Assembly: GCA_947632085.1 (NCBI GenBank)
Contig: CANRNY010000005.1
Coordinates: forward strand, 12,873 to 76,872
Direction: 5' to 3'
DNA from: an uncultured Bacilli bacterium
Lineage (GTDB): Bacteria; Bacillota_I; Bacilli_A; RF39; UBA660
DNA: 64,000 nt
Below, piece after piece: positions 21,301 to 27,691 of this stretch. Under the pieces are notes generated by a model. It saw only the letters and a list, made by a program, of their open reading frames with translations. It was not told the origin of the DNA and did not search any database. Within the stretch, counting starts at the first letter, position 1; every line of letters starts with the position of its first letter. A program made the translations under genes and the position numbers.

Positions 21301-22858
21301 ACCAGTTGATACTGAGTTTACAACTACTTATAATTATGTAGGAAGAACTATTATTGATGGTGTAGATATTCCTAACGATAATACATTAGAGTTTATTGAT
21401 GATAATGGTGATGGTACTTATACAGCAACTGTTACTTTAATTCATGGTCAAGCTATAACGATATTAGATCTTCCTACTGGTACAAAATTTAAAGTAAGTG
21501 AAGTAGAAGCTAATACAGATGGTTATAGAACAAGTACTAATCGAGAAGTAACTGGAACAATTGATGGTGCAACAGTTGCAGATATTATAGTTTATAGTAA
21601 TATTAAAACTTTTAATTATGATTTACGATTAGGTAAACAAGTCGTTGGTACTTTAGGAGATAAAAATAAAGCTTGGAAGTTTAATATAAGATTAATTCCT
21701 GATGAATATGGAGTTATATCTTCATTCTATTATGTTGGTAGTAAGACTGGTACATTAAATTTTGTAAGACAAGATGATGGTAGTTATTTAGCTTCAATAT
21801 CTTTAAAACATAATGAACATATTACAATTAAAGGTATTCCAGAAAATACGAGATATAGTATTGAAGAAGAGAAAGCTAATCAAGATGGATATGTTACACA
21901 TGTTTTAGGTAAGGCGACTGATTTCTTAACAGAATCAGGTGTTGTTGAATTTGTTAATACGAAGTTTAATGACTTTAATCTTACAGTTAAAAAGAATGTT
22001 AAAGGTAGTCTTGGTGATAAAACAAAAGATTGGAACTTTAGAATTGAATTTGTTAATCCTGAATATGAAGAATTAGAACAACAATATAAATATTCTAAGA
22101 AGACAGTTGATGAAGCAGGAAATGTAGTTGAAGAAACAGGATTTATAAGTTTATCATCTGTTGGAGGTAGTTCAAATCGTTATGAAGCATTTATAACATT
22201 AAAAGATGGTGAATCATTTGTTATCTTAGGTTTACCTGAAGGTACAAGTTATAGTGTTGTAGAAGCAGAAGCTAACCAAGATGGCTATGAAACAAAAATA
22301 ACAAATAATAATATTGGTATTTTAGAAAGTAATGAAGTAGTAGAATTTATTAATAGTAAATATTTAAAATATGATTTAACAATTGAAAAGAAAGTTACTG
22401 GTATTGGTGATAAAACAAAAGAATGGCATTTTGATATTACATTAACACCAATGGATGGATTATTATTAAATGGTACTTATAATTATGTTGGAAGTAAGAC
22501 AGGAACTATTACATTTACAAGAAATGCAGATGGTACTTATACAGCTAGAATTACTTTAAGACATGGTGAAAGTATTACTATTCAAGATTTACCAGAATAT
22601 ACTAAATATAGTGTTACTGAAGTAGAAGCTAACCAAGATGGTTATGAAACAACTTCACAAAATGAAAGTGGAGAATTAAATAAAGATGGTATTAAAGTAG
22701 TTTATACTAACTTTAAGGAAGAACCTCCAACTGGAGATGTTACTCCTCCACCACATACTGGAGTTGAAGCTACTAATAGTAAAGTAGATTATATTGTAGA
22801 AACATTATTATTAATTACTTATCTAATAATATCTATTAAAGTTCTTAAAAGAATCTAA
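15383..22858 (+). CDS. giant surface adhesin: VWA domain plus tandem CnaB-like isopeptide repeats and PPHTG cell-wall sorting tail
   Basis: Signal peptide; LLLDISSSM MIDAS and VLTDGA; nine L-x-K-x-V...LK(D/H)G(E/Q)...IP..T.Y.V.E...F.N repeats; PPHTG + TM + KR. Confidence 0.85.
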   Translation: MKKIYNKIKCKYPLLAIAITLLLIVVVSYGTVKLFSVATKNDLLAVNSNYNRIADPNTMDDYINVLNLKENSRNAGRVWSDKTVFAAGSTLQLDFATDGLNTTVKTDTDFLHVFSTIGSSQVVNEVATKPLDVVLLLDISSSMTNSLNTDQPVGSRDMDPNDSLHKVIKEANLLISQLMGDSEITVHKDNRVGVVVYGGGTQEALPLKHYESLNSNNTYIQVGTTKVDRAGDGGGYFPTIETVAKADGFTNKTTQTMIADSTYLQGALYQGMKMLSDSTITNKENRTPVLIVLTDGATNIVSATKTSLDGNTSYNWWEPFNGIIKTDGGAQYTSAGINPLYVSCNNNTDNADKDDQNKKQEVQAISTRNVSNLLLAGYYQKIIKDHYNNDMIGFSIGYNVGGVGNYSTEQLLGTLYPSAYFDENKRDFTNKKYAKDEIDATRKALEEYFKGTDASMRFPREGTYKWLSKDYSADFTFKHPKDEEHDLTELADVYYIDKYYTAESDNISDIFGEILEQITGTTFSPVGGENASGVSDSLTYMDPIGEYMEIKDKSITLEDGQKYDLGLSFFGKMHGLVKTAIYDFQWNDTYMKNRNNGTGGQLFAAGWYKGTPEATNTSSGNDSVESETVKALPEGCDNAAQAWEKGWVYRIPWSTAVQYVPTLKADTFDDITDTQKNTVYTIYRFDKNITDNIIEDTDYRNTKRLNPCYEKSSDVTYLLSDIRIWVEDTGNYQDTSDGSAIDLGFDEAIYVDIPVSALPIQKATITLDADGNVTKYETNLDDKTQSTPFRLFYGVGVQDKIMSDDGLDIDATKLSPEYIQKHSQKSSNGLDNEIFFLSNYYSNTPYKGYITGTRDSYTRGDPNFTFSPSTENRYYVFQKPLILYKYDGTPKDNYEEKALNEDEYKNFIVANKNKEVTNGTDIKKDSYYWIVGEYYTSDNKLVHLAVTRSGGEFGSEIAGTDVTYSDYLVWYNPSNGDTQTFTSNGERPGENYVVATKVGGLRIGNMLNGRRQKSNNTTSTAYNYYIPTVSEQSGKDNIIINGYLGNNGKLVIPNTTLEITKEVESIFGNDYSKEEFNYELYIAGRVGDFNAVKMIRSPFTDRWQLRIDSIDVITNNVGLLQLVETSENDEDEDVGHSHSLYEVTISGTKYYVYVGGDGTDGPSTIALDGIESEEDPYSFRLYDASDTNYETLKGVGRTNYVTNPDDYTDSDNIKSDNIKYAEATDDKPAGTIEFWIKDAYLIPTSKVDNQEWSFDKSDGYDKIKTPIVISTLDPYKHGKDQLTSTFATNSAFGTTKLYFGYGEDPKGSGISKPDDMTPADWAWLIDPKNKNKTKFTLKDGEGIFLAGLPESTQYRIYEMITPEQAANGYDFGYIYGANGREQKYNTQADDGVYSQGSSGYSGQRDLHIVNTYRAHYDLTLDKTVLGSNGDSDKEWNFNIKLTPPKDENGVDEELEKDYQYYGPCEEIDNACIANGTKTVSFTKNEDGTYTGKVSLKDNQKIKIINILSNTTYEITEDEANQDGYESFFKDGKDYSKDSEGKASGKGTFDSDQQVGMINANWKRYDLTLKKTVLGSGGSKTRDFTFKVTLTPKPNSNVHIAESYSYDGSKSGEMEFKDNEDGSYTGTIKLKDSESVTIKGIPENVDYKVVEVEANKNGYVTTIPDNAEGTLDDENQTNPTVEVHFINGKYELHDLTIEKVVRGADGDTTKDWKFKVTLEPGAGIIIKNKYDYEGSSFVKGVVAPEDGEIEFTDNGNGAYTAIVTLKHGQAITIKGIPENTKYTVEEVDVNTNEYTVSDSGNTEGTVNDQHVRFTNKKLALVSLSVSKEVKGESANLDLDWEFEITLIPGAADLNTSYEYEKSIVGVDTKEKGTITFTENNDGTYTGKVTLKHGQVVTIQGIPETTKYIVKELGANTEGYFTSSTNNKTGILGNTDTKVDFVNELLPNSSLTIAKEVLGSAGDPDKDWTFQIELTPVDTEFTTTYNYVGRTIIDGVDIPNDNTLEFIDDNGDGTYTATVTLIHGQAITILDLPTGTKFKVSEVEANTDGYRTSTNREVTGTIDGATVADIIVYSNIKTFNYDLRLGKQVVGTLGDKNKAWKFNIRLIPDEYGVISSFYYVGSKTGTLNFVRQDDGSYLASISLKHNEHITIKGIPENTRYSIEEEKANQDGYVTHVLGKATDFLTESGVVEFVNTKFNDFNLTVKKNVKGSLGDKTKDWNFRIEFVNPEYEELEQQYKYSKKTVDEAGNVVEETGFISLSSVGGSSNRYEAFITLKDGESFVILGLPEGTSYSVVEAEANQDGYETKITNNNIGILESNEVVEFINSKYLKYDLTIEKKVTGIGDKTKEWHFDITLTPMDGLLLNGTYNYVGSKTGTITFTRNADGTYTARITLRHGESITIQDLPEYTKYSVTEVEANQDGYETTSQNESGELNKDGIKVVYTNFKEEPPTGDVTPPPHTGVEATNSKVDYIVETLLLITYLIISIKVLKRI

Positions 22859-22920
22859 TTAGTTAGATTCTTTTTTGATATAAAAATTTAGGCTTTAATA
22901 TAGTTATTAAAAATGGTAAA

Positions 22921-23502
22921 ATGATAAAGGTGATACTTGTGAAAAAAAGTAAAAAAGAAATAGAAAAAGTGGAGAATGAACAACAAGAAGAAAAAAAAGA
23001 AATTTCAAAGTTTGTTAAGTTTTTAAAAGAATTAATTCCTTATGTTGTTATATTATTAGTTGTAGTAATTGTTAGAGTTTATTTTTATACACCAATTGTT
23101 GTAAGTGGACCTAGTATGAATCCAACTTTAGATGGTGGGGAAGTAATGATTTTAGATAAAAGAGCTAAAATAAATCGTTTTGATATTGTTGTTGTAGATA
23201 TTGGAACAGAAGTAATTATTAAAAGAGTTATTGCTTTACCTGGAGAAACTATTCAATGTGAAAATGATAAGGTTTATGTAAATCATCATTTACAAGAAGA
23301 AGATTGGAGTAAAGGTACTACTTGTTCAGTTGAAAGTATGGAATTTAAGTATGAATTAGGAGACGATGAATACTTTGTAATGGGTGATAATCGTAGTAAT
23401 TCAACAGATAGTAGAATAATAGGTCCAGTTAAAAAAGATCAAATAAAAGGTAAAACTCATTTAATTCTTTATCCTTTTAATAAATTTGGTAATGTTAAAT
23501 AA
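22921..23502 (+). CDS. lepB: signal peptidase I
   Basis: SGPSMNPTL (Ser), IKRVIALPGE (Lys), GDNR..STDSR; conserved rplS-lepB-rbgA synteny. Confidence 0.95.
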   Translation: MIKVILVKKSKKEIEKVENEQQEEKKEISKFVKFLKELIPYVVILLVVVIVRVYFYTPIVVSGPSMNPTLDGGEVMILDKRAKINRFDIVVVDIGTEVIIKRVIALPGETIQCENDKVYVNHHLQEEDWSKGTTCSVESMEFKYELGDDEYFVMGDNRSNSTDSRIIGPVKKDQIKGKTHLILYPFNKFGNVK

Positions 23503-23536
23503 AAATACATTCATTGTTTTTCAATGAATGTATTTT
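23502..23536. terminator. bidirectional terminator between lepB and sortase
   Basis: aaaatacattcattg ttttt caatgaatgtatttt perfect stem. Confidence 0.85.
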
Positions 23537-24473
23537 AGTTTACTTTATCTAATAAAAGAATTGTAACATGATAACCATTAGATGAATTACAAGTATATAA
23601 AGCAAGTGAGTAGTCAGTATCAAAAATTATGTTACGACCATCTTCTGTTAATAGTTTATCTTTTGTATTATAACCATTTGTTTTTTCTTTAATAACATAT
23701 GTATCAATTGTTTTATTAGGATTTTTTATATAAATATAATTACCAATTTTTTCTTTTTTAATAATATCGAAACCTTGACTAGCATGATCTGCAATTATTG
23801 ATATATTAGGATATTCAATTATTGCACCACTATCTTTGTTATCAACATATTCTTGAGCTTCTTCAGTTGAAGTTGGTTCATATAAGGCAATTGAATATAA
23901 TGATTCAAAGAAGATACGACCAGAATCACCAAGTTTTTTAGAATCGTTTAAAATACGATTTTCAATACTTATATTATTATCAGTATTAGTTGATTTATTA
24001 GTATTAGATGAAGTTTTTGGTTTTGGTTTATTTACTTGTTGATTTTTTAATATTGTAAGATTAGCTTCTTTTTCTAAAGTATTATTTATATTATCTTTAA
24101 AAGTTATTTTGATAAGATATGTACCTGGTAAATAGTAATTATTCATTTCTGGTAGTGTATATTCATAAGTTATTTCTGCCGGTAAATTATTAATGCTTTG
24201 AATAAAATCAGTTATTTTATAGTTTGTTTTTTCTATAATAGTTAAATTAGTTAATGTTATATCTGTTTGATATAGTTTAGTACTATTATTTGTTTCATTA
24301 AATATATTTGGCATACTATCAGAGATTAATTTAGAGTTTTTAACTTCATTTACAATATAACTTTTTTCATGTTGATTATTAATAGTAATATAACATAATA
24401 AGATAAAAGAGATTGCACTAAAAAGCAATAATAAACTTGTTTTAAAAAATGGCATAAATTTCTCTTTTTTCAT
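23535..24473 (-). CDS. sortase-family protein (atypical)
   Basis: N-terminal TM; GRIFF, IIADH (His), LALYTC (Cys) in sortase spacing; canonical Arg not evident. Confidence 0.7.
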   Translation of the reverse strand: MKKEKFMPFFKTSLLLLFSAISFILLCYITINNQHEKSYIVNEVKNSKLISDSMPNIFNETNNSTKLYQTDITLTNLTIIEKTNYKITDFIQSINNLPAEITYEYTLPEMNNYYLPGTYLIKITFKDNINNTLEKEANLTILKNQQVNKPKPKTSSNTNKSTNTDNNISIENRILNDSKKLGDSGRIFFESLYSIALYEPTSTEEAQEYVDNKDSGAIIEYPNISIIADHASQGFDIIKKEKIGNYIYIKNPNKTIDTYVIKEKTNGYNTKDKLLTEDGRNIIFDTDYSLALYTCNSSNGYHVTILLLDKVN

Positions 24474-24812
24474 AAAAAACTATCCCCCTTTTAGTTTTTA
24501 TGAATATTCAGTGTTATTATGTGCTTTTTGGGCAGATAATTAACTGTGACTAATATATTATGTTATTGGCCTTTTTTTGTCAAATTTTACTTATTTCTTG
24601 ATAAAATTAGGGAATTGTGAATTTAGTAAAAAAAAGTATATTTTAAATGTAATTTGTTTTAACGATTAATGAAAAAATTATGATATAATAAAAAATAGTT
24701 ATGAACAAAATTATTTGGTGGTGAAGTTAGAAATTATAAACTATAACTTGAAAGAAAGTTAATAAATTTCTAACGAAATAATAGCAGTTCAAAATATTAG
24801 AATAAATGTAAA

Positions 24813-24846
24813 TAATATGAATGAAAATAAAACAAACATTAACTAT
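24813..24846 (+). repeat. direct repeat copy 1 of the rbgA 5' end
   Basis: taatatgaatgaaaataaaacaaacat is identical (27 bp) to 25555-25581; 32/34 identity over the extended match. Confidence 0.9.
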
Positions 24847-24951
24847 GCGATACGGATTTATGGAAATACCTTAACAAATCTCTATAAATAAAGGAATCTA
24901 TTGAAAAAAGTTTTTACATTTTTGAAAAAATTATAGATTGGAGATGAGATA

Positions 24952-25557
24952 ATGAAAAAATCAGAAGACCAAAACAATTTATTAATATATAAAAATAAAG
25001 ATGGTAATATAGTTGTTGATGCCATTTATAAAGATGAAACTCTATGGCTTACCCAAAAAGGAATGGCTAAAGTTTTTGATGTTGGAGTATCGGCAATTTC
25101 AAAACATTTGAAAAATATATTTGATGATGAAGAATTAAATGAGAGTATGGTTGTTTCCAAAATGGAAAATACCACTCAACATGGAGCGATTAAAGAAAAA
25201 ACACAAACAAATGAAGTTAAAATTTATAATCTTGATGCTATAATTGCAGTTGGTTATCGAGTTAATTCTAAAAAAGCAACTGAATTTAGAATATGGGCAA
25301 CTAAAGTACTTAAAGAATATATGATAAAAGGGTTTGCCTTAAATGATGATATATTTATAAATGCAACGGATAAATTATTAAAATTTAGAGAAAAAAATAT
25401 TTTGACTCATTCTGGTAAGATAAATCATAAAGAAGCAATAGATAAAGCTGAGAGTGAATATGAAAAATATAGGGTAATTCAAGATCAAAAATATATATCT
25501 TCGATGGATGAATTTTACAATAAATATCTAAAAGAAAGTAATAATTATGGTGATTAA
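24952..25557 (+). CDS. RhuM-family (virulence protein/DNA-binding) protein, internally deleted
   Basis: ETLWLTQKGMA, YNLDAIIAVGYRVNSKKATEFRIWAT, GFALNDD joined directly to the C-terminal GKI.H..A..KA..EYEKY segment. Confidence 0.85.
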   Translation: MKKSEDQNNLLIYKNKDGNIVVDAIYKDETLWLTQKGMAKVFDVGVSAISKHLKNIFDDEELNESMVVSKMENTTQHGAIKEKTQTNEVKIYNLDAIIAVGYRVNSKKATEFRIWATKVLKEYMIKGFALNDDIFINATDKLLKFREKNILTHSGKINHKEAIDKAESEYEKYRVIQDQKYISSMDEFYNKYLKESNNYGD

Positions 25558-25558
25558 T

Positions 25559-26422
25559 ATGAATGAAAATAAAACAAACATCAACCATTATCCTGGTCAT
25601 ATGGCAAAAACTAAGAGGTTACTTAAAGAGAAATATGACTTAATAGATATTGTTTATGAAGTAATAGATGCCAGGTGTCCTTTATCTTCTAAAATAAAGG
25701 ATATTGATGAATTATTAAAAGATAAACCAAGAATACTTATTATGAGTAAGAAGGATTTATGTGATTTAAAGGTTACTAATAAGTGGGTTAAGTATTATGA
25801 AGATAAAGGTTATTATGTTATTTTAACTAATTTAAATGAAAATAATAGTGTTCAAAGTATTATAGATATTTCACAGAAGATTACGGAAAAGATTCAAGAA
25901 AAAAGAGAAAGTAAAGGGTTGAATAGAAAAGAAATTAGAGCTTTGGTAGTAGGAATACCAAATGTTGGTAAATCTACTTTAATTAATAGAATGGTAGGAA
26001 GAAAAGTAGCTATTACGGGTAATACGCCAGGAGTAACAAAGAGTTTAGCGTGGTTAAAGACTAATAGTAATATATTATTACTTGATAGTCCTGGTATTTT
26101 ATGGCCAAAGTTAGATAATGAAGAAGTAGCTTTAAATTTAGCAAGTATTGCGGCGATACCAAGAGATGTATTACCAGTAGATAAAGTAGCTATTCATATT
26201 TTAAATAAGCTTGATAAGTATTATAATGATATTTTAAGGGATAGATATAATTTAGAAAGTGTAGATAATGATGATTTAGTTAGTGTTTATGAACATATTG
26301 GTAGGAAGATAGGAGCGATTATATCTGGGGGAGAAGTAGATTATGATCGTGTTAGTAAAGCTATTTTAGATGATGTTAAAAATGAACGAATTAAGAATGT
26401 TACTTTTGATAGGATTGATTAG
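25559..26422 (+). CDS. rbgA: ribosome biogenesis GTPase RbgA/YlqF
   Basis: YPGHMAK, DARCPLSS, GIPNVGKST, PGVT, DSPG (circularly permuted GTPase). Confidence 0.97.
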   Translation: MNENKTNINHYPGHMAKTKRLLKEKYDLIDIVYEVIDARCPLSSKIKDIDELLKDKPRILIMSKKDLCDLKVTNKWVKYYEDKGYYVILTNLNENNSVQSIIDISQKITEKIQEKRESKGLNRKEIRALVVGIPNVGKSTLINRMVGRKVAITGNTPGVTKSLAWLKTNSNILLLDSPGILWPKLDNEEVALNLASIAAIPRDVLPVDKVAIHILNKLDKYYNDILRDRYNLESVDNDDLVSVYEHIGRKIGAIISGGEVDYDRVSKAILDDVKNERIKNVTFDRID

Positions 26423-26424
26423 AG

Positions 26425-27066
26425 ATGAATGATGCATTTAAAGAGTTATTTAATTCTAAATTAAAATTAAAAGAGTTAGATGTAGGACTACAAAAAGAAT
26501 TTTTACAAGCTATATCTAAGTATTTAGATCATGGACGTAAGGATGAAATTAATGGTCGAACTTTAGGATTTGTATTAAAACAATTAGATAGTTTAACGAC
26601 TTTTTTAGATAGTGTAGGATATAATAATGAAGAGATGGTAAGAATTATTACTAATTTACCAACAATTCTTAATACAGTTGATGACTTATATAATAAGTAT
26701 TTGTTATTAGGTGTTTTAGAGAATTATCAAAAAAATGATTTACGTCGTGAAAAATTACTTAACAAAACTAAAGATTTTATGGTAGGATTTAATAAGATAT
26801 ATGCAAGATATAAGTTAGTGTGTGAATCAGGTTATGAGAGATTAAGTTGGAATGTACTGGTTCATGCTTCTGATCGAGAATTTTGTAGTATTTTTGTAAG
26901 GGGAACGTATAAGAAACATTATCAGATGTTTTCTAATCCAACGGAAGTAATGAAGTGGTTAGAGAGTGTAGATTCAAGTGAATTTGATATTGAATCAGCT
27001 AAAAATTGGGAAGTTAACAAGGAGTTAGTCGGCAGATATGAAAAAAGAAGTAAAGGAATTAGTTGA
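26425..27066 (+). CDS. hypothetical protein with mTERF-like repeat motif
   Basis: LTTFLDSVGYNNEEMVRIITNLPTILN pattern; coupled between rbgA and rnhB. Confidence 0.6.
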   Translation: MNDAFKELFNSKLKLKELDVGLQKEFLQAISKYLDHGRKDEINGRTLGFVLKQLDSLTTFLDSVGYNNEEMVRIITNLPTILNTVDDLYNKYLLLGVLENYQKNDLRREKLLNKTKDFMVGFNKIYARYKLVCESGYERLSWNVLVHASDREFCSIFVRGTYKKHYQMFSNPTEVMKWLESVDSSEFDIESAKNWEVNKELVGRYEKRSKGIS

Positions 27067-27691
27067 TTTATTAAAATATGAAAAAGAATTGTATGATAAA
27101 GGAATTACATTAATTGCTGGAGTTGATGAAGCTGGACGAGGGCCTTTAGTAGGACCGGTTGTAGCGGGTGCTGTTATTTTACCTAAAAATTATGAGTTAG
27201 AGGGTTTAATTGATAGTAAACAACTGACAGAGAAAAAAAGAGAAAAGTATTATGATATAATTATGCATGATGCAATAGCTGTTGGAGTAGGAGTTGTCGA
27301 TGCTAAAAAGATAGATGAAATAAATATTTTAGAAGCAAGTAGATTGGCAATGAAACTAGCTATTGAAGATTTAAAAGTTAAACCAGAATATGTCTTAAGT
27401 GATGCGATGAAACTTAATAATATAGATATACCGTATACGGATATAGTTCATGGGGATGCGTTATCTTTGTCGATTGCAGCAGGGAGTGTAATTGCTAAAG
27501 TTACGAGGGATAGAATGATGTATGAATTAGATAAAAAGTATCCTGAGTATGGTTTTGCGAAACATAAGGGATATCCAACGAAATTACATTTAGAAAATAT
27601 CAAAAAATATGGATTATTAGAAAATTATAGGTTTACATATAAGCCAGTTAGTGATTTAATTAAAGAGGTAAAGGGAGTTGTAAGAAAATGA
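27038..27691 (+). CDS. rnhB: ribonuclease HII
   Basis: AGVDEAGRGPLVGPV, DSKQL, SIAAGSVIAKVTRD, HKGYPT. Confidence 0.98.
   Translation: MKKEVKELVDLLKYEKELYDKGITLIAGVDEAGRGPLVGPVVAGAVILPKNYELEGLIDSKQLTEKKREKYYDIIMHDAIAVGVGVVDAKKIDEINILEASRLAMKLAIEDLKVKPEYVLSDAMKLNNIDIPYTDIVHGDALSLSIAAGSVIAKVTRDRMMYELDKKYPEYGFAKHKGYPTKLHLENIKKYGLLENYRFTYKPVSDLIKEVKGVVRK

Noticed and set aside
19620-22720. Recurrent DNA words (gaagctaaccaagatgg, gatggtacttatac) as CRISPR or mobile repeats
   Set aside because: They are in-frame codon echoes of protein domain repeats at ~350-400 bp period; no cas genes in the window
22921-23502. lepB as a pilus-specific SipA chaperone of the adjacent adhesin/sortase
   Set aside because: Catalytic Ser/Lys are intact and its position is explained by the conserved rplS-lepB-rbgA-rnhB order
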